In this document: one piece after another, positions 26,152 through 35,151 of the stretch
Numbering within the stretch: position 1 is the first letter of the stretch
Layout: each line of letters begins with the position of its first letter
Assembly (NCBI GenBank): GCA_017390125.1
Contig: JAFPCT010000087.1
Location: 1 to 42,964 of the forward strand
Direction of reading: 5' to 3'
DNA length: 42,964 nt
DNA from: Treponema sp.
GTDB lineage: Bacteria > Spirochaetota > Spirochaetia > Treponematales > Treponemataceae
Program-made: the position numbers and the translations under genes
Notes under the pieces: generated by a model
The model's input: only the letters and a program-made list of their open reading frames with translations
Told to the model about the DNA's origin: nothing
The model's database searches: none

Positions 26152-26198
26152 AAAAAATCCCATTGGCTCAGAATTTCTGAATCAATGGGATTCTTTTT
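26152..26198. terminator. Bidirectional terminator between the lipoprotein and the peptidase
   Basis: AATCCCATTG...CAATGGGATT stem, flanked by an A-tract and a T-tract. Confidence 0.85.
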
Positions 26199-26208
26199 GC
26201 ATTTGACT

Positions 26209-27342
26209 TTACAGTCGTATTATCCTTGAATGAGTTATCACTTCGTTGCCTTCTTCGGTGATGAGGACGTCGTTTTCAAGGCGGACGCCACCTAGATTTT
26301 CGTCGTAAAGGCCTGGTTCAAGGGTTATGATCATGCCGGGCTTAAAAGTTACGTCGGCTGGCATTTTTGTGCTGACCCGGGGGAATTCGTGGATTTCAAG
26401 TCCTATTCCGTGGCCCAGTGTGTGAGGCATTTTCCTTCCAGCTCTTGCAAAAATGATTTCCGCCTGTTCGCAGGCTTCTTTTACAGGAATGCCGGGTTTG
26501 TACAGCCGCAGGCATTCGTCGGCGGCTTTTTGAACCAGCTCTACAAGCTCATTCTGTTCTGGAGAAACTTCTCCTTTTACAACTGTAAGAGTAGTGTCGC
26601 TGGTATAGCCGTTGTACACAACTCCAAAGTCAAGGATTGAAAGTCCGTTTCCAGGCCATTCTCCGCCAGTGTATCCCGGAAAGGCATGAATTGCCCAGCT
26701 TCGTGCAGGACCGGCTGCCAATGTGTCAAAACCAGTTTTTTCACAGCCATGAGCGCGGCATTCTCGTTCTATAAGAAGAGCAACGTCTGTTTCTGTTTTA
26801 ATTTCGCCGCTGCGGATCTTTTCTTCAATCTGATCGATTATTATGTCGCCGATTCTTGCGGCTTCTTTTGTACATTCAATTTCGTATTCGTCTTTGACCA
26901 TTCTGAGCTGAACTGCAAAATCGTGGACGCTTTCCTTTCGGCAGCGGACTTCCCATTTGTCCAGCTGGTCAACGAATTCAAGGAATTTCGGATATGAAGT
27001 TTCCGGCGGAATTTCAATTTTGCTTCCGGCTTCCGGCAGGTTTGCCTTGATTGCCGGTATGTCCTGGTTCTTGTATTTTGTGTAAGGAATCACCTTGTCG
27101 CAGAATGCAATTTTTTTTGCAAGAATTTCATCCCAGGGAATAAGAATGCTGTTTCCCTGTGCAGGAATGATGAGAATTGCATCGCTTGTGTGTCCTGTAA
27201 AATAGCGGATTGCAGGCTCACGGTGCTCCTCGCTGTCAATGAAAACTGCGGCCCCGATTCCATTAAGGTTCAGGTATTCAACAATTTTCTGCCTGCGGTC
27301 CCCGTAAATTTTCTTCAAATCATCTTTTGTATATTCTTTCAT
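26209..27342 (-). CDS. Xaa-Pro aminopeptidase/dipeptidase (M24 family)
   Basis: DFGVVYNGYTSDTT, HTLGHGIGLEIHE, TLEPGLY and GGVRLEND metal ligands. Confidence 0.93.
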   Translation of the reverse strand: MKEYTKDDLKKIYGDRRQKIVEYLNLNGIGAAVFIDSEEHREPAIRYFTGHTSDAILIIPAQGNSILIPWDEILAKKIAFCDKVIPYTKYKNQDIPAIKANLPEAGSKIEIPPETSYPKFLEFVDQLDKWEVRCRKESVHDFAVQLRMVKDEYEIECTKEAARIGDIIIDQIEEKIRSGEIKTETDVALLIERECRAHGCEKTGFDTLAAGPARSWAIHAFPGYTGGEWPGNGLSILDFGVVYNGYTSDTTLTVVKGEVSPEQNELVELVQKAADECLRLYKPGIPVKEACEQAEIIFARAGRKMPHTLGHGIGLEIHEFPRVSTKMPADVTFKPGMIITLEPGLYDENLGGVRLENDVLITEEGNEVITHSRIIRL

Positions 27343-27344
27343 AT

Positions 27345-28967
27345 TTACCTTCGTTTCCTTAATTTTGCAGTTACTGCTACAGCTGCCTCATCTTTAAATA
27401 TAATAAGAAGAAGCACGCCAATCAAACCAAAAATTGCAGCAGATGCGGCGGCAGGAATTCCGTAGGCAAGAAGCCTGTTCGTAAACTGAATTCTGCGGGT
27501 TATTATTTCATGGGCAAAATATGTCGGGCATGCGGCGATTACGCTGAAAGCCATAAGTCTAAGAATGTAGAGAATCATGCTTGCCGCGATTTTTCCTGCG
27601 TTCATTCCCGGCATTTTTTTCATGAATACAAAAAGGCAGACAGTGTTTACAAGACTTGCCGCAGTAAGGGCAAGGGCAATACCGTTTCCTTTCATCGGGA
27701 ATGAAAGTAAAAGAGCAAGCAGTATGTTCGCTCCGAAACAGATGATTCCGGCCAGCGTAGGAAGCTTCGTATTTTTCTGTGCATAGAAAGCCGGCGAAAT
27801 GATTCTGTTCACTGCAATGAAGAAAAGTCCTGCGATATGAAAGCGGAATACTCCCAGCGTAAGGGCGACGGACTCATCATCAAAATTTTTTGTCTTGTAT
27901 ACCAGAGAGATGAGGTCTTTTCCGCAGATGAGGGAATAGAATGTTACAGGAATGCAGATGAGCGCGATAATTTTTATTGCCTGTGTAAGGATTTCGTTGA
28001 ATTCCTGCCATTTTTCTTTTGCGGCAAGTCCGCTCAGGTCCGGCAGAATTACTGTTCCGATTGAGACAGCAAAAATTCCAAGGATAAGCTCCTGAAGGCG
28101 AAGGGAATATTGAAGTGAAGAAACTGTACCTGTTCCTACTTTGCCGGCAAGGGCGGTTGAGACAAGGTCATTCAGCTGGTAAGCCGCCATGCCCACGATT
28201 GTAGGAACAATCAGGGCGCATACTCTTCTTGTTCCCGGATTTGTGAATGCCTGCTTCAGGCCAGAAAGAGTTGTTTTCCAGCCTGTTCTCTTTACGAAAG
28301 GCCACTGGAACAAAGCCTGAATACATCCGCCGGAAATTACGCCGAAACTCATTGCTCTTGCTGCAAGCGCTTCCTGCGGAAGATTGTGGGGATTTGCAAG
28401 ATGCGGGGTAAGGCCGTAAGTTACAAGGATTACTGTTGCGTTGAACAGTACCGGAGTAAAGCCTGAAGGCGCAAAAACATTGCAGCCGTTTAGCATTCCC
28501 TGAAAAAATGCCGCCACGGAAATGACGAACAGATAGGGAAACATGATTCTTGTAAGAAGAGTGGTTTCTGAGAGTACAAGAGGATCAGTTTTTCCGGTGT
28601 AGAAAATCGGTATTATAAACTGAACCAGAAGAATTCCCAGGACTGTAACGCAGACCGTAAGGAAAGAAACAAGAGTGAGAGTTGCGCTTACAAATTGCTG
28701 GGTTTCTGCATGTTTTTCCGGAGAAGAGTCATTTTCAATGTATTCACGGAAGGTCGGAATGAAAGCTACGGAAATGCTGTTTTCCGCAAAAAGCCGGCGG
28801 AACAGGTTTGGAATCATAAACGCAATCCCAAAAGCGTCAGCGTAAGCACTGGTTCCCAAAAAGGCTGCCTTTGTCATTTCCCGGATAAGCCCCATAATTC
28901 TGGAAGCGAATGTCATGAGGGAAAGAAACAGTCCCGACTTTAATAGAGAAGATTTTTTAGATTTCAT
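27345..28967 (-). CDS. murJ: Lipid II flippase MurJ (MviN)
   Basis: SRIMGLIRE, DAFGIAFMIPNLFRRLFAE, RIMFPYL, LQYSLRL and AFYAQKNTKLP, with many TM helices. Confidence 0.95.
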   Translation of the reverse strand: MKSKKSSLLKSGLFLSLMTFASRIMGLIREMTKAAFLGTSAYADAFGIAFMIPNLFRRLFAENSISVAFIPTFREYIENDSSPEKHAETQQFVSATLTLVSFLTVCVTVLGILLVQFIIPIFYTGKTDPLVLSETTLLTRIMFPYLFVISVAAFFQGMLNGCNVFAPSGFTPVLFNATVILVTYGLTPHLANPHNLPQEALAARAMSFGVISGGCIQALFQWPFVKRTGWKTTLSGLKQAFTNPGTRRVCALIVPTIVGMAAYQLNDLVSTALAGKVGTGTVSSLQYSLRLQELILGIFAVSIGTVILPDLSGLAAKEKWQEFNEILTQAIKIIALICIPVTFYSLICGKDLISLVYKTKNFDDESVALTLGVFRFHIAGLFFIAVNRIISPAFYAQKNTKLPTLAGIICFGANILLALLLSFPMKGNGIALALTAASLVNTVCLFVFMKKMPGMNAGKIAASMILYILRLMAFSVIAACPTYFAHEIITRRIQFTNRLLAYGIPAAASAAIFGLIGVLLLIIFKDEAAVAVTAKLRKRR

Positions 28968-28973
28968 GAAAAT

Positions 28974-29087
28974 ATTTTACAGAAGAGGCGGTCATTTATC
29001 AATCATGAAAGATTCAGTGGTTGTTCATACTATATATGCTATGCACACGTTATACCGTTTGCAAAATTCTCCATAAGCGTTTATATT
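28974..29087. promoter_or_regulatory. Divergent promoters for murJ and the PlsA-like gene
   Basis: Minus strand TTGATA-17-TAAAAT (29002-28974), 6 nt before the murJ ATG. Plus strand TTGCAA-17-TATATT (29059-29087). Confidence 0.65.
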
Positions 29088-29154
29088 CTATAAGATAAGA
29101 CAAAATAGAATAATATTTTTTCTGCCTTTTAAAAATATATTTAGGAATTTTTAC

Positions 29155-32100
29155 ATGACAAAGGAAATTTTACCTGTACGTATTGGAATCGACATAGGAT
29201 CAACAACCGTTAAGATTGCGGTTCTCGACGACGACGACAAACTCATCTACGGAGACTATCAGAGACATCGTGCTGACATAAGAAATACAATCATAGCTGT
29301 TGTAACACAGGCTTTTGATAAAATTGCTTCATCTTTTGCTATGGGAGAAGAACAGCCTCTTACAATAAAAGTTACAGGTTCGGGCGGACTTTCTGTTTCT
29401 CAGTGGCTTAACGTGCCTTTCATCCAGGAAGTTGTTGCGGCTACTACAGCCGTAAAGAAAATAATTCCGCAGACAGACGTTGTAATCGAACTTGGTGGTG
29501 AAGATGCCAAAATTACATATTTTACCGGCGGAGTAGAGCAGCGCATGAACGGTACCTGTGCCGGCGGTACAGGCGCGTTCATTGACCAGATGGCCGCTCT
29601 CCTTGAGACAGACGCCGCCGGATTGAATGAGCTTGCACGGGATTACCAGATGATTTATCCGATTGCAGCCCGATGCGGTGTATTCGCAAAGACAGACATC
29701 CAGCCGCTCATCAATGAAGGTGCCCGGCGCGAAGACATTGCGGCCTCAATATATCAGGCTGTCGTAAACCAGACTATTTCCGGCCTTGCCTGCGGTAAGC
29801 CTATCCGCGGACACGTTGCCTTCCTCGGCGGACCGCTCCACTTTATGGACCAGCTTCGCCGGCGGTTCATCGAAACTCTAAAACTTAAAGATGATGAAAT
29901 AATTGTTCCTGAAGACAGCCAGCTTTTCGTCGCTTCCGGCTGTGCTTTCAGCGCGGAGCGCCGGTTCAACGGTGAAGGTGCGGAAAACTTTAAATTCCCG
30001 ACTGTAAAGGAATTCCGTGAAAGTCTTAAGAACCTTGTGGGTGCTGAATTAAGCGAAGTTCAGCGCCTTGAGCCTCTCTTTACGAATGCAAATGAGCTTG
30101 AGGAATTCCGCAAGCGTCATGCAGAAGAGAAGGCTATGCGCGGTTCTCTTTCAGAGGCTCATGGACCTGTGTTCCTTGGACTTGATTCAGGTTCTACTAC
30201 AACAAAAGCCGTTCTCATAAACCAGAAGGGTGAAATCATCTGGGACTTCTATTCTCACAATATGGGAAATCCTGTCGAGCTTGCAGTAAAAGTTCTTAAG
30301 GATTTGTACAAGAAACTTCCTGAAGACGTATACATTGCCCGTGCTGTATCTACAGGCTACGGAGAAGCTTTGTTTCAGGCTGCATTCGGCGTTGATGCCG
30401 GTGAAGTTGAGACTATCGCCCATTTCCGTGCGGCTGACTTCTTTGTTCCGGGCGTAGAATTCCTCCTTGATATTGGCGGACAGGACATGAAGTGTCTGCG
30501 CATGAAGGACGGTGCTATTACGTCAATCCAGCTGAACGAAGCCTGTTCTGCAGGATGCGGCTCATTCCTTGACAACTTTGCAAACACAATGGGCATGGAC
30601 GTAAAGGAATTCGGCAAGATTGCCCTTATGGCAGAAAAGCCTGTTGATCTGGGAAGCCGCTGTACTGTATTCATGAACAGCCGTGTAAAGCAGGCTCAGA
30701 AAGAAGGTGCCAGCGTCGCTGATATTGCAGCGGGACTTTCATACTCTGTAATCAAGAATGCTCTTTTCAAGGTAATAAAACTCCGCAAGGCCAGCGACAT
30801 CGGTACAAAAGTCGTTGTTCAGGGCGGTACATTCTTCAACGATGCCATTCTCCGTGCCTTTGAAAAAATTGCCGGCGTTGACGTATTCCGTCCTGATGTA
30901 GCCGGCCTCATGGGAGCCTACGGTTCTGCCCTTATCGCCTATGACCAGTGGGTTGATATGACGACTGTAAAACCTGGAGAACCTCCGATTGATATTTCGA
31001 AAGTTCGTTCAGGAATCGCTGCTTACGATGAGCTTGAAAAGTTTCATGTTGACCTTGAGCTCCGCCGCTGCGGAAAATGCCAGAACAACTGTCTCCTTAC
31101 AATAAATAAATTCTCAACCGGAACAGAAGTAAGAACATTCATTACCGGAAACCGCTGTGAGCGCGGTCTTGAAGCAGAAGGAAAGATAATCGATGCTTCG
31201 AACAAGAAGAACACAAAAGTTGATGATTCCGGTGAAAAGATGCCGAACCTTTTTGAATGGAAATACAGAAGGCTTTTCAACTACGTTCCTCTTAAACCGG
31301 AAGATGCTCCTATGGGCGACGTGGGAATCCCGCGTGTCCTGAACATGTATGAAAATTATCCTCTTTGGTTTACGTTCTTTACAAAGCTTGGTTTCCGGGT
31401 AATCCTGAGCCAGCGCTCGTCAAAGGCTGTTTACGAGAAGGGTATCGAAACCATTCCGTCTGAATCAGTATGTTATCCTGGAAAAATAAGCCACGGTCAT
31501 GTTGTTTCCCTTTTGCAAAGGGGCGTTAAATTCATATTCTATCCATGCGCTCCTTATGAAAAGCAGGAAGACAGCGGTGCAGGAAACCACTACAACTGTC
31601 CTATTGTAACCAGCTATCCGGAAGTTCTCCGCAACAATGTTGATGAGCTCCGCCAGGATTCCTCAATCACATACATGGATCCGTTCCTTCCGATTTACGA
31701 CAAAAAGCGGCTTGCCGAACGACTTTGTGAGGAGCTCATTGCAAAATTCCCGTCTTTGACAGAAAAGCAGATTACAGCTGCTGTTGATGAGGCATGGAAG
31801 GAGCAGGAAAAGTTCCGCCAGGACTGTCAGCAGGCCGGAGAAGATGCCCTTGAGCAGATGATTCGTGCCGGCGGAAACGGTATTGTGCTTGCCGGCCGAC
31901 CATATCACCTTGATCCGGAGATTAATCACGGTATTCCGGAAATGATAAATGCTCTCGGACTTGCCGTATTCACGGAAGATTCAATCGCTCACCTCGGTTC
32001 CATTGAACGGCCTCTGCGCATCATTGACCAGTGGGTTTACCATAACCGCCTTTATCGCGCCGGCGCATTTGTTTCTGAAATGCCTGACCTTGAGCTTGTT

Positions 32101-33720
32101 CAGCTTACAAGTTTCGGCTGCGGTCTTGACGCCGTTACTGCTGATCAGGTTGACGAAATCATGCGCTCAAAGAACCGCATGTACACATTGATCAAGATTG
32201 ATGAAGGAAGCAACCTTGGCGCCGTACGAATCCGAATCCGTTCGCTTATTGCTGCTGTAAAGGAACGCCAGAGACATCACCGAAAGATGAGCGTAAAGCG
32301 TTCTGCTGCATATCAGCGACAGATCTTTACAAAAGAAATGAAGTATTCTCATACAATCATCGGACCTCAGATGTCGCCTATTCATTTCCGCATTTTGCAG
32401 AAAGCTTTCCAGGCTGAGGGCTATAATTTCGTTGTTCTTGATGCCGTAGATCCTAAGGCTGTAGAAGCCGGTCTGCGCTATGTAAACAACGATGCCTGCT
32501 ATCCTTCGATTCTGGTTGCAGGACAGATGATTGCCGCCCTTGAGAGCGGAAAATATGACTTGAACCATGTTTCATTGATCATTACTCAGACTGGCGGCGG
32601 CTGCCGTGCCACAAACTACATCGGATTTATCCGCCGAGCCTTGAATGATGCCGGCTGGGGTCATATTCCGGTCCTTTCTTTGAGTGCCCAGGGATTTGAA
32701 AAGAATCCGGGATTCAAGATTACGCCTACATTACTTCACCGCCTGCTCATGGCAGTCCTTACAGGTGACGTACTTATGCGCGTACTTTACAGGACCCGCC
32801 CTTACGAAGCAGTTCCTGGCAGCGCAAATGCACTTTATGAAAAGTGGTCTGCCCGTGCCGAAAAACAGGTTCAGTCGCTTTCAATCCTTGGATACAACAA
32901 GCTTCTGAAAGGCATCGTCCGGGATTTCGACAACCTTCCTCTCAAACCTATCAAAAAGCCTAGGGTTGGTGTTGTCGGCGAGATTCTCGTAAAATTCCAT
33001 CCGACTGCAAACAACGACATTGTCGGAACAATCGAGCGCGAAGGTGCTGAATGTGTAATGCCTGATTTGACGGACTTCTTCTTCTATACATTTGCTACAG
33101 GTATTTTCCGTCACCAGCAGCTTGCATTCCCTAAGAAAACGGAACGCAACGCACGGCTTATGGTATGGTTCCTTGAACTCTACCGCAACAAGATGAAGAA
33201 ATACCTGCGCAAGAGCCGTCGTTTTGAGGCTCCAAGCTCAATATACGATTTGATGAAAGGTGTTGATGACATCGTTCAGCTTGGAAACATTACCGGCGAA
33301 GGCTGGTTCCTTACTGCCGAAATGGTTGAGCTTATCCATAGCGGTGCCCCAAGCATTGCCTGCGTTCAGCCGTTTGCATGTCTTCCTAACCACGTTACAG
33401 GAAAAGGCATGATCAAGGAATTGCGCCGCCGCTTCCCTGGAGCAAACATTTCTGCCATTGACTATGACCCGGGTTCTTCTGAAGTAAACCAGTTGAACCG
33501 TCTTAAGCTTCTCCTTTCAAATGCGCCGGCAGGAAAACATCCTGATGAAAATGAGGATGGCGTAATCGTGAATCCGGACGGAACAAAGAGCCGTCCTGTA
33601 GTTCATCTTGCAGAAGGTTCTTCCTCAATGACTGATACAGAACCTGTAAATGAAAGCGAGATTCCTATTGAGCAGTCTGGTCTTGTAAATCAAGAAATCA
33701 TGATTGCAGCAGAAGAGTAG
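29155..33720 (+). CDS. Fused 2-hydroxyacyl-CoA dehydratase activator-type protein (two BadF/BcrAD ATPase domains, DUF2229-like and dehydratase-like domains); candidate plasmalogen synthase PlsA/PlsR fusion
   Basis: GIDIGSTTVK...ELGGEDAK...MNGTCAGGTG; GLDSGSTTTK...DIGGQDMK...LNEACSAGCG; GIPRVLN, SESVCYP, SFGCG, NNDACYP, GGCRATNY, GEGW and QPFACLPNH. Confidence 0.85.
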   Translation: MTKEILPVRIGIDIGSTTVKIAVLDDDDKLIYGDYQRHRADIRNTIIAVVTQAFDKIASSFAMGEEQPLTIKVTGSGGLSVSQWLNVPFIQEVVAATTAVKKIIPQTDVVIELGGEDAKITYFTGGVEQRMNGTCAGGTGAFIDQMAALLETDAAGLNELARDYQMIYPIAARCGVFAKTDIQPLINEGARREDIAASIYQAVVNQTISGLACGKPIRGHVAFLGGPLHFMDQLRRRFIETLKLKDDEIIVPEDSQLFVASGCAFSAERRFNGEGAENFKFPTVKEFRESLKNLVGAELSEVQRLEPLFTNANELEEFRKRHAEEKAMRGSLSEAHGPVFLGLDSGSTTTKAVLINQKGEIIWDFYSHNMGNPVELAVKVLKDLYKKLPEDVYIARAVSTGYGEALFQAAFGVDAGEVETIAHFRAADFFVPGVEFLLDIGGQDMKCLRMKDGAITSIQLNEACSAGCGSFLDNFANTMGMDVKEFGKIALMAEKPVDLGSRCTVFMNSRVKQAQKEGASVADIAAGLSYSVIKNALFKVIKLRKASDIGTKVVVQGGTFFNDAILRAFEKIAGVDVFRPDVAGLMGAYGSALIAYDQWVDMTTVKPGEPPIDISKVRSGIAAYDELEKFHVDLELRRCGKCQNNCLLTINKFSTGTEVRTFITGNRCERGLEAEGKIIDASNKKNTKVDDSGEKMPNLFEWKYRRLFNYVPLKPEDAPMGDVGIPRVLNMYENYPLWFTFFTKLGFRVILSQRSSKAVYEKGIETIPSESVCYPGKISHGHVVSLLQRGVKFIFYPCAPYEKQEDSGAGNHYNCPIVTSYPEVLRNNVDELRQDSSITYMDPFLPIYDKKRLAERLCEELIAKFPSLTEKQITAAVDEAWKEQEKFRQDCQQAGEDALEQMIRAGGNGIVLAGRPYHLDPEINHGIPEMINALGLAVFTEDSIAHLGSIERPLRIIDQWVYHNRLYRAGAFVSEMPDLELVQLTSFGCGLDAVTADQVDEIMRSKNRMYTLIKIDEGSNLGAVRIRIRSLIAAVKERQRHHRKMSVKRSAAYQRQIFTKEMKYSHTIIGPQMSPIHFRILQKAFQAEGYNFVVLDAVDPKAVEAGLRYVNNDACYPSILVAGQMIAALESGKYDLNHVSLIITQTGGGCRATNYIGFIRRALNDAGWGHIPVLSLSAQGFEKNPGFKITPTLLHRLLMAVLTGDVLMRVLYRTRPYEAVPGSANALYEKWSARAEKQVQSLSILGYNKLLKGIVRDFDNLPLKPIKKPRVGVVGEILVKFHPTANNDIVGTIEREGAECVMPDLTDFFFYTFATGIFRHQQLAFPKKTERNARLMVWFLELYRNKMKKYLRKSRRFEAPSSIYDLMKGVDDIVQLGNITGEGWFLTAEMVELIHSGAPSIACVQPFACLPNHVTGKGMIKELRRRFPGANISAIDYDPGSSEVNQLNRLKLLLSNAPAGKHPDENEDGVIVNPDGTKSRPVVHLAEGSSSMTDTEPVNESEIPIEQSGLVNQEIMIAAEE

Positions 33721-33751
33721 TCGTTGAATTAGGATTAACAGAGGTGCGGAA

Positions 33752-35119
33752 GTGAAAAAAACGTTGAGAAAACTTTTGGGCATTGCAGGACTTTTCCTGC
33801 TTTTCAAGCCTTCTTTTGCACTTTACAACCGTTACGGTGTTCCGGATTCTTCTGAAATACGAAAGGATCTGGTGGAAAACTGGTTTGAGGCACCTCTTTC
33901 AACAGTCCGGATGAACCGTCCGGAAATCAGGACGAATTCTATCGGGGAAAAATTCCAGATTCGCCTTGAGGAAACAGAAGACACATTCAACATCTTCATT
34001 GCGCCTTACGCCAGAATTGAAGTTGACGTATATTCCGACAAGGGCAAAGAAACCATGGCACAGGACATTTACCCTGGAGATGCTCCGGGCAGCTTTGTTC
34101 TTGTGAGGGACAAAAAAACTGGTAAGCCTATTCGCCTTCGGTATTATTTTTCTGCCGACAGCGAAGTTTTCGTTCAGTTCACGCCTTTTGAGCGGACAGC
34201 CTATGCGGATTATGTTGTTTTCGGCTGCTATGCCGCCCGGGGAATTCCTACGGGACTTGCATTCAACCGTTTCTATACGGCTTCCTTTGAGCAGATTGTG
34301 CGATGGACAAGCGGAATGCTTCCATGGCAGTACAATAAAATCTATACAGACGGCTATCATTCTGTTCAGCAGATGCTGGCCGTTCTTCGTGAAAGAAATC
34401 CCCATGTCAGTTTTACTGATGACGCAATGTACGACGAAAATGGAGAATCAGTTTTCCTTTCGACAGGAAAGAAGCGGGAAGTTTCCAAGCAGGACGAGGG
34501 CAAAATCCTTGTTTCCGGGGCAGGATACCTTAAGTGGATTGCAGACGGCATTATTGAGCCTCTCACAGGCGGAAGGCTGAAAAGGGATCCTCTTTTGGTT
34601 CAGACCGTACAGTATAAGGATGTCGGATTTCAGGGAATTTTGAGCGACAGGTACGCAATTTCCTTTGCCCTCGACTGGATACGAAATCTTGCCAGCGCAA
34701 TTGTTTCTGTACGCTCATCACACAATTATATGTTCGATCAGTCTGGTGTGGACGTAATGGTTGAGCCTTTTACTGCAGAATTAACTGAGAACGGAATCGT
34801 AAACTCTACAGGTTATGTTGAGAATTCCGGCTATAAGATGCACAGCCTCAAGGCTCTTCTTTATGTCCTTGCTGTAACGGAACCGGAAACTTTCTATTTT
34901 GGTGGAATCCGTGAGACTGACCGCCGCAGCCCGGAAGTAAAAGTGTTCAATGAATGCTGTGTTTTTTTTCCATATTTTGATGAAAAAGGCAGGTTCAATT
35001 GTACGATTTTCAAGGACGGAACTGAAATTCCTTTTGACGAATTCTACAACCGCTACTGCCTTGATTTTATTTCTCTGGTGCGCGTCCAGGCAACGGAGCA
35101 GTTTTTTCCTGCTGAATAG
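33752..35119 (+). CDS. Hypothetical exported protein
   Basis: 455 aa ORF with a GTG start after GAGG. Signal peptide MKKTLRKLLGIAGLFLLFKPSFA. No motif recognised. Confidence 0.8.
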   Translation: MKKTLRKLLGIAGLFLLFKPSFALYNRYGVPDSSEIRKDLVENWFEAPLSTVRMNRPEIRTNSIGEKFQIRLEETEDTFNIFIAPYARIEVDVYSDKGKETMAQDIYPGDAPGSFVLVRDKKTGKPIRLRYYFSADSEVFVQFTPFERTAYADYVVFGCYAARGIPTGLAFNRFYTASFEQIVRWTSGMLPWQYNKIYTDGYHSVQQMLAVLRERNPHVSFTDDAMYDENGESVFLSTGKKREVSKQDEGKILVSGAGYLKWIADGIIEPLTGGRLKRDPLLVQTVQYKDVGFQGILSDRYAISFALDWIRNLASAIVSVRSSHNYMFDQSGVDVMVEPFTAELTENGIVNSTGYVENSGYKMHSLKALLYVLAVTEPETFYFGGIRETDRRSPEVKVFNECCVFFPYFDEKGRFNCTIFKDGTEIPFDEFYNRYCLDFISLVRVQATEQFFPAE

Positions 35120-35151
35120 ACCAATTTCATTTTCTTCACTATTATTACACT

